From: Terriglobia bacterium
Lineage (GTDB): Bacteria; Acidobacteriota; Terriglobia; JAJPHL01; JAPKYU01
Assembly: GCA_965206645.1 (NCBI GenBank)
Contig: CBDBKE010000004.1
Coordinates: 224,001 to 288,000, forward strand
Length of the DNA stretch: 64,000 nt
Direction: 5' to 3'
Both the position numbers and the translations under genes were made by a program. Positions 50,216 through 59,810 of the stretch are shown here, piece by piece. Under the pieces are notes generated by a model that was not told the DNA's origin, ran no database searches, and was given only the letters and a program-made list of their open reading frames with translations. The stretch's first letter is position 1. The number at the start of each line of letters is the position of its first letter.

Positions 50216-51031
50216 TCAAGCCCGGCCGCCCAGCGTCCCAGACGAGCTGGGTTCCCAATAAAATTCGCCACGGCAGACAATTTCCGCAGGGCCCGTCAGG
50301 CAGACGTCCGCTTCAGGTTCCCAGCGCACTTCCAGGTCGCCACCTTCGGTCAAAACCGTCACTGGCGAGCGGGCGCGCCCGGCGTGGATAGCAGCCACTG
50401 CGGCGGCTGCCGCGCCGGTGCCCGAAGATAGCGTGTGGCCGGCGCCGCGTTCCCAGAAGCGCGCTTCCACACGGTGCGCCTCGATCACGCGTACGAACTC
50501 CACGTTGGCGCCATCGGGCAACTGCGGATGACGTTCCAGCGCGCGGCCGCGCGCCTCCCAGTCGAAGCCGAAGCGCTCCACAAACGCCACACAGTGAGGA
50601 TTCCCGAGTCCCACGGCCAGCGTCTCCTCCGGACCAGGGGAAACGCTGGTTCCCCCGAGACGCATTTCAAAGCGGAACCGATTGCCGTCGCGGTCCAGTA
50701 ACCGCAGTTCTTTGGGCCCCGCTCCGGTGCGGATGCGGAGCCGCACCGGGTCGGCGGCCCGTCCCTCGGCCACCAGAACGGCGGCCACGCAACGCGTGCC
50801 GTTACCCGACAATTCGGCGGGGCTGCCGTCGCAGTTATAGAGGTGGATTTCGGCCGCAGCATCCCCCGAGGCACCCGACAGCAAATAGAGTCCGTCGGCG
50901 CCCACGCCGCAATGGCGGTCGCAGATACGGCGCACAAAGCCATCCAGCGGCGCCAGCCGGTGGGGATCTTCACTCACGATCAGGAAATCGTTGCCGCAGC
51001 CGTGTGCCTTTATGAAAGAAACTTGAACCAT
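50216..51031 (-). CDS. dapF: diaminopimelate epimerase (Ser/Ser catalytic variant)
   Basis: KAHG.GNDF, GVGADG, ELSGNG, GNPH, NVEFV, ERG.G.TLSSGTG. Confidence 0.88.
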   Translation of the reverse strand: MVQVSFIKAHGCGNDFLIVSEDPHRLAPLDGFVRRICDRHCGVGADGLYLLSGASGDAAAEIHLYNCDGSPAELSGNGTRCVAAVLVAEGRAADPVRLRIRTGAGPKELRLLDRDGNRFRFEMRLGGTSVSPGPEETLAVGLGNPHCVAFVERFGFDWEARGRALERHPQLPDGANVEFVRVIEAHRVEARFWERGAGHTLSSGTGAAAAAVAAIHAGRARSPVTVLTEGGDLEVRWEPEADVCLTGPAEIVCRGEFYWEPSSSGTLGGRA

Positions 51032-51057
51032 AGGGTGCCGCATGAGGCGGGGCCGGG

Positions 51058-51960
51058 TCAGTCGAACGCGGTTAACTCCCGAAACTCGCGGTAGCGACGG
51101 TCAATCTCCGGACGCGTCAGTCTACGCAGGCGCTCCACGCCGAACTGTTCGACTGTAAAGCCGCCTAGCACCGATCCGTAGATCATGGCGCGCCGCAGCG
51201 CGGCTTCGTCCAGGGCGCCGGCCTCGGCCAGCGCCCCCAGGAAGCCGCCGGCGAAACTGTCGCCGGCACCGGTCGGGTCGCGCACCTGCTCCAGCGGGAA
51301 TCCCGGCGCAAGGAAGACGTGCCCGTCATGGAACATCACTGCGCCGTATTCTCCCCGCTTTGCCACCAACGTGCGAGGGCCCAGCGCCTGAATGCGCCGC
51401 GCCGCTACCGACAGGTTGTATTCCCCCGAAAGCTGACGCACCTCGCTGTCGTTGATCAGCAACACGTCCAGGCCCGCCAGCGTCCGGCGCAGTTGCTCCG
51501 GCTTGCGCTCAATCCAGAAATTCATCGTGTCGCCGGCCACCAGCTTCGGCGCCGACATTTGCGACTGCACGCTCTGTTGCAGTTCCGGGTCAATGTTGCC
51601 CAGAAACAGAAACTCGCTCTGGCGGTAGGCGGCGGGCAACTCCGGCTGGAATTCCGCAAAGACGTTCAACTGGGTTTCCAGCGTGCGGCGTTCATTGAGA
51701 TCGGCACTATACTCGCCGGACCAGAAAAAAGTTTTGCCGGGCCGACGCTCCAGACCGTCGATTGAGATGTTGCGGTCGCCGAAGACGGCCAGGTCAGCGT
51801 CGGTAAAATCCTCGCCCACCACCGCTACCAGCCGCACCGGGGTGAAGAAACTGGCGGCCAGGGCAAAATAGGTGGCCGAGCCGCCTAGCATGCGGTCTGC
51901 GCGTCCAAACGGAGTCTGGACGGCGTCAAAGGCGACCGAGCCGACAACCAGCGTAGCCAT
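51058..51960 (-). CDS. PfkB-family sugar/nucleoside kinase
   Basis: GGSATY, DTMNFW, KRGEYG, DPTGAGDSFAGG. Confidence 0.92.
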   Translation of the reverse strand: MATLVVGSVAFDAVQTPFGRADRMLGGSATYFALAASFFTPVRLVAVVGEDFTDADLAVFGDRNISIDGLERRPGKTFFWSGEYSADLNERRTLETQLNVFAEFQPELPAAYRQSEFLFLGNIDPELQQSVQSQMSAPKLVAGDTMNFWIERKPEQLRRTLAGLDVLLINDSEVRQLSGEYNLSVAARRIQALGPRTLVAKRGEYGAVMFHDGHVFLAPGFPLEQVRDPTGAGDSFAGGFLGALAEAGALDEAALRRAMIYGSVLGGFTVEQFGVERLRRLTRPEIDRRYREFRELTAFD

Positions 51961-52067
51961 AGGTATCGTGAGCCATCGTGGCCGTAGAAAGAAGCGCGGG
52001 GGATGAGAATGGATTCCCGCGCGAGCACCTGCCGTCCGGCCTCTCGGCCTGGATTTCGGCCTGGATT

Positions 52068-52319
52068 TCAGCCGGGATTGACCGGAGGAGGTTTGGGAGC
52101 CGGTGGCGGAAGTGCCCGCGCCTTCACTTCCGACTGGAAACCGGCCCGCTTGTGGTTGCCGTCGCAAAACGGTTTGTTCTCGGAATGCCCGCAGCGGCAC
52201 AAGGAGAGCACGGTGCGCCCGGCAATGTCGAACGCGTTGCCTTGCGCATCGTGGATCGTGAATTGCCCTTCGACCCGCAGCGGGCCGTTGTTGTTTGCGG
52301 TAATTTTGGTTTCAGCCAT
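52068..52319 (-). CDS. CDGSH iron-sulfur domain protein
   Basis: NGPL, LCRCGHSENKPFCDGNH. Confidence 0.92.
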   Translation of the reverse strand: MAETKITANNNGPLRVEGQFTIHDAQGNAFDIAGRTVLSLCRCGHSENKPFCDGNHKRAGFQSEVKARALPPPAPKPPPVNPG

Positions 52320-52397
52320 TCCTTCTCCCGGGGTTTTTTGGAGGCATCATCATACCCCGTCGGCGCGTTTTCGGCCACTATCGGCGCTTCGTTCCGA

Positions 52398-53498
52398 TCA
52401 GATACTTTGACGGCTGCTTTGGTCCGTTGGGAATCCCACGAACTGGGGTTCGGGAGCCAGAAGGATGCCAAACCGGTCGCCGACGCCTTGCTGAATCTCG
52501 CGCATCAGGGCCAACACCTCACCAGCCGAAGCGCCACCGAGGTTGACCAAAGCCAGGGTGTGCTTACTGGAGAGGCCAACCCGGCCGCTCCGGTAGCCTT
52601 TGGAGAAGCCCGCGCGCTCGATCAGCCAGGCTGCCGGCACTTTTACACGGCCGGCGCCGTTACGGACCGGGTAGCGCGGGACCGGGGCCGGGGCGCGGGC
52701 CGAGATCTCCGCATATTGCTGCTCGCTAACGATGGGGTTCTTGAAGAACGAGCCCGCGCTGCGGCAGTCGGGTTCGCCCGAGACCAGCAGCATTGCCTTG
52801 CTGGCTCGAATGGCGCGGACCGCCTCGCGCACCTCGCGCAAGCCAGGATTACCGCCACCACCGGCAAAGTAGTTCTGCACCTCGGGATACTTCAAGCTCG
52901 GCTGGCCGTCGCGGAGCAGAGCATAGGTGACCGACAGCACGATGTAGCGTTCACGCGCCGTGCTCAAGAAGATGCTGTGCCGATAGGAGAAGCCGCACTC
53001 GGCGTTGTTGAGTGAGTTGTTGAGTGAGAAGATGCGCCGGCTGAGCCGATCGCACACCCGAACCGCCACGATCGTCTCCGAGACCTCCTGGCCGTAGGCG
53101 CCCACGTTCTGGATGGGGGTTCCGCCGACAGAGCCGGGAATTCCGCTCAGGCATTCCACGCCGCCCAGTCCGCGCTCGACCGAGGAAGCTACAAGGCCGT
53201 CCCAATCGTCTCCAGCTCCCACCGTCATGACCACTTTGTCGCCCTGGGTGTGTTCGGAGACGCCGCGGACACCCATGCGCAAAACCAGGCCGGGAAAGCC
53301 TTCGTCGGCTACCAGGATGTTACTACCCCCGCCCAGGATGAACGACGGCAGGCCGCGCTGCTCGGCAAAGTCCAGTGCAGCCACGGCAGTTTGCTCGTCG
53401 CGCGCCTCCATGAAAAAACGCGCCGGCCCGCCGATGCCCAGCGTGGTCAGCGGCGCCAGGGAGACATTCTCGCGGATCTGGAGGCGGCTGCTCTGCAC
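52398..53498 (-). CDS. murB: UDP-N-acetylenolpyruvoylglucosamine reductase
   Basis: LGGGSN, GIPGSVGG.PIQNVGAYG, FSYRHS, AGSFFKNP, KH.LALVN. Confidence 0.95.
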   Translation of the reverse strand: MQSSRLQIRENVSLAPLTTLGIGGPARFFMEARDEQTAVAALDFAEQRGLPSFILGGGSNILVADEGFPGLVLRMGVRGVSEHTQGDKVVMTVGAGDDWDGLVASSVERGLGGVECLSGIPGSVGGTPIQNVGAYGQEVSETIVAVRVCDRLSRRIFSLNNSLNNAECGFSYRHSIFLSTARERYIVLSVTYALLRDGQPSLKYPEVQNYFAGGGGNPGLREVREAVRAIRASKAMLLVSGEPDCRSAGSFFKNPIVSEQQYAEISARAPAPVPRYPVRNGAGRVKVPAAWLIERAGFSKGYRSGRVGLSSKHTLALVNLGGASAGEVLALMREIQQGVGDRFGILLAPEPQFVGFPTDQSSRQSI

Positions 53499-53531
53499 TC
53501 AGATCATGATATCTGAAGACCGAGCTACCAA

Positions 53532-53661
53532 CAGGGTGCTGAAAAACTGATTTGTGGACCGCTTGCTTACGCGCGCGGCTCGGTAACCGCCGGTGAATCA
53601 GCCGAGCTGATTCAAAGCCGCGACCGTTAGCGAGCGGTTCCCCGGGTTTTTCAGCACCCTG
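53532..53661. repeat. 130-bp palindromic MITE/REP-like element
   Basis: perfect 16-bp terminal inverted repeat CAGGGTGCTGAAAAAC/GTTTTTCAGCACCCTG enclosing an imperfect inverted pair (53559-53580 / 53616-53637). Confidence 0.7.
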
Positions 53662-53825
53662 CCAGAGGCGTTGGACAACCGCGCCAGGGGCGACGAACCA
53701 GGGACGAGAAAAGGGATACCTCTTGAGGGAAGCGAATGGTTCGCTGGCTTGGGTGCTATGAGGAGCGGATTCCTCGCAGTCTGGGACCTCGGCCACGGCC
53801 TGCGCTACGGGGGCAGTGCTGTCAG

Positions 53826-54704
53826 CTATTTCCGGCGCGCTGCCGGTGGGCGGGCCGGTGGGTGGGAAGGTTTGGCGGTCTCGGCGGAGTGAAGCAGGTC
53901 GCGCAGCAGGTCCGCGCAGCCAGCCTGAAAGTTCGCCAGTGCGGCTTGCGACGCTTGCTGCAAGGCACGGTCGCCTTCGACCCGCAACTGTTCCAGGCGG
54001 GTCGTCAGCTGACGGCCCTGTTTCTCCAGGCGCTCCTGGAACCTTTGCAGTTGCGTTTCCGCCTCCTCGTCCAGGTACTTGGCGTGTTGCACGCCGGTCT
54101 GGTCCACCGCTTCGCGCAGCCGCTTCAGGTTTTCGTCCACCGTTTCTTCGGCCCGGTGGGCCAGGTCTTCCAACAAGCTGCGGAAAGTGGTCTGGATCGT
54201 GCTCCGGGCGAGTTGTTGCAACTGCCGACCTGCGGTATCCATAGCGCCCTGCAGTTCGCGGGTAAACCGCTCGCGAAGCGTGTCAATTTCCTGAGTGCAG
54301 TGGCGCAAGTGATCGTCGGCATGGGCTCGCAGCAGGACCAGTTCTTCGGTCACTCCGGCCAGGGCGGTGGTGGCGTCGATGCTTTCCGGGGACGACGTCG
54401 CCGCCGTTCCGGCCGGAAACCGGAGTCCCCAGAAATTCTCCACGGGGACCAGGAACTGGAAGTTCCACTCCGTGCCCTCGTTGCCAGTCTCCATCGCCTT
54501 CACAATCTCGACTTCGGCTTCCTCATCGGGCCGTGCCAGCAGGCGCAATTGAAGGTGGCTGCCCTTTTCCAGCAGGTGTTGGGTGAGCAGCCGACCGCCT
54601 CGTTTCTCGACGGCTGTCGTGCGTGTGCGTTCTTCGAAAGGCTTGCCGGCTGCGTCCACACCGGAACAGAGAACGGTGAGCTTTAGCGCCAATGCAGCGC
54701 TCAT
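53826..54704 (-). CDS. PilZ-like N-terminal domain plus coiled-coil protein
   Basis: G.D..GKPFEE.T.T..V...GG, ENFWG..FP, long helical C-terminus. Confidence 0.55.
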   Translation of the reverse strand: MSAALALKLTVLCSGVDAAGKPFEERTRTTAVEKRGGRLLTQHLLEKGSHLQLRLLARPDEEAEVEIVKAMETGNEGTEWNFQFLVPVENFWGLRFPAGTAATSSPESIDATTALAGVTEELVLLRAHADDHLRHCTQEIDTLRERFTRELQGAMDTAGRQLQQLARSTIQTTFRSLLEDLAHRAEETVDENLKRLREAVDQTGVQHAKYLDEEAETQLQRFQERLEKQGRQLTTRLEQLRVEGDRALQQASQAALANFQAGCADLLRDLLHSAETAKPSHPPARPPAARRK

Positions 54705-54896
54705 AGGCTCCTCCCGCCGGGATTATACAACGGCCGGAGCAGGCGGCCGTGGGCAAAAACTTGAAGCCCAAAAAAGCGCTTCCGGCCCAGGTGCTTTTTG
54801 AGTAACATGGGGGTCCACGACCGACCCGTTTGCTTGAGAAAAGACCATTTCCGATGTTCCCATTGAGCTGGACGCAGCCCTCAGAGGAGAGCCCTT

Positions 54897-55541
54897 ATGA
54901 GTAAAAAGAAACGAAAAACACCGCCTCCCGGCCGGAAAGGATTTTCGCGCCGCGACTTCCTGAGAGGCGCGAGTGTGGCTGTTCCGACCGGGTTGTTGGT
55001 GAGCGAAGTCGGCCCGGCGGAAGCGGCCGGGCATGAGGCGGCGGTGTTGGGCCCGGGCAAGGTGCCGTTCAGCCTGCGCATCAACGGCAAGGTTCAAAAG
55101 GTGGAACTGGAGCCGCGGGTGACGCTGCTGGACGCATTGCGCAATCACCTGGACCTCACCGGGGCCAAGAAGGTGTGCGACCGGGGAACTTGTGGCGCCT
55201 GTACGGTCGTGGTTGACGGCGCCCCTGTTTATGCCTGCAGCCTGCTCGCCGTCGAAGCCCGGGGCAAGGCTATCACCACAGTGGAAGCCCTCGGTGAGGG
55301 CGACCAACTGGACCCCGTCCAGGCGGCCTTCGTCAAGCACGACGCACAGCAGTGCGGCTTCTGCACTCCCGGCTTCGTCGTGGCCTGCAAAGCTTTCCTG
55401 GACAAACACCCCGACCCCACCCGCAAGCAGGTCCGTCAGGGCTTGGGCGGCAACCTGTGCCGTTGCGGTACTTACGTGGGTATCGAAGAGGCGGTCCTAG
55501 AGGCCGCCAAGGCCCAGAGAGGAGGGAGCGCCAATGCCTGA
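54897..55541 (+). CDS. xanthine dehydrogenase family 2Fe-2S subunit, Tat signal (PaoA/YagT-like)
   Basis: SRRDFL, CDRGTCGACT, QCGFCTPG, NLCRCG. Confidence 0.92.
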   Translation: MSKKKRKTPPPGRKGFSRRDFLRGASVAVPTGLLVSEVGPAEAAGHEAAVLGPGKVPFSLRINGKVQKVELEPRVTLLDALRNHLDLTGAKKVCDRGTCGACTVVVDGAPVYACSLLAVEARGKAITTVEALGEGDQLDPVQAAFVKHDAQQCGFCTPGFVVACKAFLDKHPDPTRKQVRQGLGGNLCRCGTYVGIEEAVLEAAKAQRGGSANA

Positions 55542-57669
55542 GTATTCTTGGCCCAAAGCGGGGAAGCGTAGCCACATCGGTGGACGATACGACCGGTTGG
55601 ACGGACCGGTGAAGGTGACCGGCGAGGCGAAATACACCTACGACATCAACCGGCCGGGCATGCTTTTCGCGCGCGCCCTCCGTTGCCCTTACGCGCATGC
55701 CCGCCTCCTCAGCATTGACACCAGCGCTGCCGAGCGCATGCCGGGGGTCAAGGCGGTCCGAGTGCTGAAGAAGCCGGGCGATGCGATTCAGTGGGAGATG
55801 GAAGACGTGGCTGTGGTCGCAGCTGAGAGCGAAGAGCTCGCTGAGGACGCAGTCCGCAAGATTGCCGTCAAGTTCGAGAAGCTGCCGCACATGGTAAAGG
55901 CATCCAACCTGGCGGAGGTTGGCGACCGGGCTAAGCCGGAGGATGAGCAGACTACCGGCGAGCCGGATCAGGGCTTCCAGGAAGCCGAAGTCATCTCAGA
56001 AGGCGAATACGGCATCGAGGTGATCGCGCACTCCTGCATGGAGTCTCACGGCACGGTGGCCGAATGGGAGGGCGACCAACTCACGGCCTGGGTTTCCACC
56101 CAGAATGTCTCTGGAGTGGCTACCCAATTTGCCCAGCCTCTGAACATCCCTAACACTAATGTGCGCATCCTCTGCGACTACATGGGCGGCGGCTTCGGCA
56201 GCAAGTTTGCCGCGGATGTGTGGGGCGTCGAAGCGGCCCGGCTGGCCAAGGCGACCGGGCGCCCGGTCAAGTTCATGCTGGACCGCGGCCCCGAATTGCA
56301 ACTGGCCGGAGCCCGTCCCTCGGCCTTTGCCAAGATCAAGGTAGGGGCTAAGAAGGATGGGACGCTGGTCGCCTGGCAGAGTGAAGCCTGGGGCACCGGG
56401 GGCTTGGCCGGGCGGGGGGGACCGCCACTGCCTTACATCTTCACCAAGATTCCCAACATCCGCCGGCGCTACACTCCCGTTTCCACCAACACTGGCGCCG
56501 CGCGCGCATGGCGCGCTCCCAACCACCCTCAGGCCGCGGCGCTCACCATGGGCGCGCTGGATGACCTCGCGGCCAAGCTGAACATGGACCCGCTGGGGCT
56601 TTTCTTGAAAAACCTTCACCTGACCGGCGGCGGGCGGGCCGACGACTACAAGGCGGAGTTACTGAAGTGCGCTGAGATGATTGACTGGATGAAGAACGTC
56701 CACCCTCGCGGAGACAAGACGCCTGGGCCAATCAAGCGCGGCCAGGGCCTGTCCATGCACACCTGGGGCGGCCGCGCCCACAACAGCCAGTGCGACGTGA
56801 GAATTCATCCGGATGGCTCAGTGAAGGTAAACCTAGGCAGTCAGGACCTGGGGACGGGCACCCGCACGGTGATCGCCCAGGTGGCGGCGGAGACCTTCGG
56901 GTTGCCAGTGAATGCCGTCCAGGTGAACATCGGCGACAATCGCTACCCGCAGTCGGGGGCTTCTGGTGGCAGCACCACCGTGGGCGGCGTCAGCGCCTCG
57001 ACGCGGCGCGGCGCCACCGATGCGCTCGAGCAGCTGTTTGCTAAGGTGGCCCCGGCGCTGGGCGCCCCGGCCGAGGAGCTGGAAGCCGTGGGCGGCAAGA
57101 TCCAGGTGAAGGGCAACGCAGCTAAGAGTCTCACCTGGAAGCAGGCCTGCGGCAAGATCGGATCCACCTCCATCGCAACTCGCGGACAGAACCCCGGTCC
57201 CGGCAAGTTAACGGACAGCGGAGTTGGCGGCGTGCAGATGGCCGACGTCTCGGTGGATATCGAAACCGGCGTGGTCACGCTCAATAAGCTCGTCGCCGCG
57301 CAGGACTGCGGGCTCATCGTAAACCTGAAGCTGGCCGAGAGCCAGGTGATGGGCGCCTTGATACAGGGCGTCTGCTACGCCCTGTATGAAGAGCGGATCG
57401 TCGATCGGGTCACCGGGCGGCTGTTAAACCCGGATTTGGAGTATTACAAGCTGGCTGGGCTCGGCGATATCGGCACGTTCCAGGTCCACATGATGACCGG
57501 CAAGGGGTATGACGAGCGCGGCATCATCGGGTTGGGCGAGCCGCCGGTGATTTCACCGGGAGCGGCCATCTCCAACGCGGTTGCCAACGCCATTGGCGTG
57601 CGCGTCCCGCACCTGCCGTTGACTCCGGATCGGGTGCTTGCGGCACTGGAGAAAGGGAGGGTAGGCTGA
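55534..57669 (+). CDS. xanthine dehydrogenase family molybdopterin subunit (PaoC/YagR-like)
   Basis: KVTG.A.Y, GGGFGSK, WRAP, DLGTG, GGSTT, GLGEP. Confidence 0.92.
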   Translation: MPEYSWPKAGKRSHIGGRYDRLDGPVKVTGEAKYTYDINRPGMLFARALRCPYAHARLLSIDTSAAERMPGVKAVRVLKKPGDAIQWEMEDVAVVAAESEELAEDAVRKIAVKFEKLPHMVKASNLAEVGDRAKPEDEQTTGEPDQGFQEAEVISEGEYGIEVIAHSCMESHGTVAEWEGDQLTAWVSTQNVSGVATQFAQPLNIPNTNVRILCDYMGGGFGSKFAADVWGVEAARLAKATGRPVKFMLDRGPELQLAGARPSAFAKIKVGAKKDGTLVAWQSEAWGTGGLAGRGGPPLPYIFTKIPNIRRRYTPVSTNTGAARAWRAPNHPQAAALTMGALDDLAAKLNMDPLGLFLKNLHLTGGGRADDYKAELLKCAEMIDWMKNVHPRGDKTPGPIKRGQGLSMHTWGGRAHNSQCDVRIHPDGSVKVNLGSQDLGTGTRTVIAQVAAETFGLPVNAVQVNIGDNRYPQSGASGGSTTVGGVSASTRRGATDALEQLFAKVAPALGAPAEELEAVGGKIQVKGNAAKSLTWKQACGKIGSTSIATRGQNPGPGKLTDSGVGGVQMADVSVDIETGVVTLNKLVAAQDCGLIVNLKLAESQVMGALIQGVCYALYEERIVDRVTGRLLNPDLEYYKLAGLGDIGTFQVHMMTGKGYDERGIIGLGEPPVISPGAAISNAVANAIGVRVPHLPLTPDRVLAALEKGRVG

Positions 57670-58646
57670 TGCAGGTCTTCGAGTATGCCACCCCAACAAC
57701 CAAAGAGCAGGCCGTCCAGGCCCTGGGATCAAGCTGGGGAGAAACGGAAGTCCTGGCTGGAGGGACCGACCTGGTCAGCCTGATGAAGGAATACTTGTCC
57801 AGCCCCAAACGCGTGGTGGACATCAAGGGCATCCGGGAACTGAGGGGCATCGCGCCGAAAGGGGGCGGCCTGCGCATCGGCGCACTGGTTACTTTGCAGG
57901 AGTTGGCAGACGCCACCGCGGTCCGTGAGCAGTACCCGGCGCTGGTGCAAGCCGCAATGGGGGTAGCCAGTCCGCAGATTCGCGCGCGGGGAACCGTGGG
58001 CGGCGAGTTGTGCCAACGCCCCCGCTGCTGGTACTACCGGGCCGGGTTTGGCCTGCTGGCCGAGCACGACGGCAAGCCGCTGGTGCCCGAGGGTGAAAAT
58101 CGCTACCACGCCATCTTCGGAGTAGGGCCGGCCTACTTCGTGAACCCGTCCAGCATGGCGCCGGCGCTGATTGCACTGAGGGCTAGGCTGCGACTTTTTG
58201 GGCCACGGGGCGCGCGAGAAGTGGCGCTAGCGGATTTCTTTGTGATTCCCAACTCCAGCAATGAGCGCGAGAACGTTCTGAAACCGAACGAAATCGTGGC
58301 CGAAATCCTGGTGCCTCCCTCTGGCGGCTTCAACGCCACCTACGAAGTGCGGCAGAGGACGGCGCTCGATTGGCCGCTGGTGGCCGCCGCGGTGGAACTC
58401 GACCTCAGGGGCAAGACGGTCCGCGACGTTCGCGTCGTGCTGGGGCACGTGGCGCCAATTCCCTGGCGCTCGCGGGAGGCCGGGGAGGCGCTGCTGAAAG
58501 GCATCCAGATTAGCGAGGAGACAGCTATGGCTGCGGGCCTGGCGGCTGTCCGTAAGGCCCAGCCGCTCAGCGGGAACGCCTACAAGGTGCAACTGGCCCG
58601 CACGGCGGTAAAGCGCGCGAGCCTGCTGGCCGCGCAAGGAGCGTAA
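57669..58646 (+). CDS. xanthine dehydrogenase family FAD subunit (PaoB/YagS-like)
   Basis: AGGTDL, ASPQIR..GTVGG, QRPRCWYYR, N.YKV. Confidence 0.92.
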   Translation: MQVFEYATPTTKEQAVQALGSSWGETEVLAGGTDLVSLMKEYLSSPKRVVDIKGIRELRGIAPKGGGLRIGALVTLQELADATAVREQYPALVQAAMGVASPQIRARGTVGGELCQRPRCWYYRAGFGLLAEHDGKPLVPEGENRYHAIFGVGPAYFVNPSSMAPALIALRARLRLFGPRGAREVALADFFVIPNSSNERENVLKPNEIVAEILVPPSGGFNATYEVRQRTALDWPLVAAAVELDLRGKTVRDVRVVLGHVAPIPWRSREAGEALLKGIQISEETAMAAGLAAVRKAQPLSGNAYKVQLARTAVKRASLLAAQGA

Positions 58647-58648
58647 CC

Positions 58649-58876
58649 ATGGCCGAATCACTGAACCCCGGATCACTGAACATTGTGGGGCACGAGCGGT
58701 GTCGCTTCCTGACCTCCAAAGAAATGCTGCTGGATGTCGAGCGCGACCCGTCTGAGCTGGCATCTGACTCCGGCCCGTTCTGGTGCGCACTCACACAGAC
58801 CTGCCTGGGACCGGACGGGCAACTGGCCGATGATCGGGGATGCAGCCACGGCCGGTCCTGTTACGACGGGGTTTGA
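58649..58876 (+). CDS. small Cys-rich protein
   Basis: 75 aa, 5 Cys (FWCALTQTCLGPDG..C....CY), AAGGAG RBS, 2 nt after the FAD-subunit stop. Confidence 0.75.
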   Translation: MAESLNPGSLNIVGHERCRFLTSKEMLLDVERDPSELASDSGPFWCALTQTCLGPDGQLADDRGCSHGRSCYDGV

Positions 58877-58981
58877 TCCAGCAGTCGTGATACGACCAGC
58901 AGTGCTTGTGATACAATAGCGGGGTCTCTTTGTTCGGCGTGACATAGGCAAAGGGTTCTGATTTCCCAAGGAGGGTAGCGC

Positions 58982-59668
58982 ATGCGCAAGTCAGTTCTGG
59001 CAGCGGCTTTGGTGGTGCTGGTAGCAACCACCGGGGCAGTCGCCGCGCAGATCTCGGGCAACTACCTCGAGGCTCGGACCGCCAGTGTGTACGTGGGAGC
59101 CTGTTTCGCCAACTCCGAAGTCGGCCTAATCGGCAACGAGGCGGTATTGGGGTGGCAGGTTACCAACGGGGGCTGGAACGACGTTCCATTGACTGGCCTG
59201 GCCGTGGTCGGCGTCGTCCGTGCCAGCCACACCCTGGGGGACCCTCACCACAGCGCGCTTCCGGCCTCTTCCATTGTCATTGTGGACGAGCGGGCCACTA
59301 AGGAGCAGGAAGAGGCGCTGGTGGGCTTCGCCCGTTCCCAGGTTCCGGAGCTTTTCGAGAGCGTCCTGCACGTCGAGAGGGCAGCGATTGAATTCGAGGT
59401 CGGCGAGGCGCGGAGCGGAAGCGGTCACGAGTCCCACGGGAGGACGGCCAAGCTCGTGGTCGGTGACCTGGCGCGTATCGTGACTCGGGCTCTCCGGCAC
59501 GAGGATGCCTCCTGCGCCAATCCCGAGGTGTACTATCCGCCGTTGGCCCAAGTGAATGAGGCTGTGCCAGCTTTCGCGACCACGCATGAATTCAAGGGCA
59601 ACGGCCTCGGGACGGTTTGGAGCGTGCCGAACCGGCCCAGCGCCTTTGTGGCGACGTTTGCGCGGTAG
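58982..59668 (+). CDS. DUF1326-like secreted protein
   Basis: signal peptide, G.YLEART..VY.G.CFANSE, VDERA..EQ, YYPPL; own TGATACAAT extended -10 at 58909-58917. Confidence 0.7.
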   Translation: MRKSVLAAALVVLVATTGAVAAQISGNYLEARTASVYVGACFANSEVGLIGNEAVLGWQVTNGGWNDVPLTGLAVVGVVRASHTLGDPHHSALPASSIVIVDERATKEQEEALVGFARSQVPELFESVLHVERAAIEFEVGEARSGSGHESHGRTAKLVVGDLARIVTRALRHEDASCANPEVYYPPLAQVNEAVPAFATTHEFKGNGLGTVWSVPNRPSAFVATFAR

Positions 59669-59810
59669 TTCCGGCACGCGATAGTTCTGGCGCGCGGTAG
59701 TTCGGGCCTACGGCCAAGCGGACTTGAGTAGCAAGAACGGGGAGGGGCTATGTGCGTCGTGGCTTCTCCCCTTTCGTTTTACAGGAATGTTTGCAGGAAT
59801 GAGGGACCGC

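Noticed and set aside
54770-54896. Moco riboswitch upstream of the molybdoenzyme operon
   Set aside because: Only a terminator-like hairpin (AAAAAGCGC..GTGCTTTTT) is visible; I could not identify the conserved Moco motif
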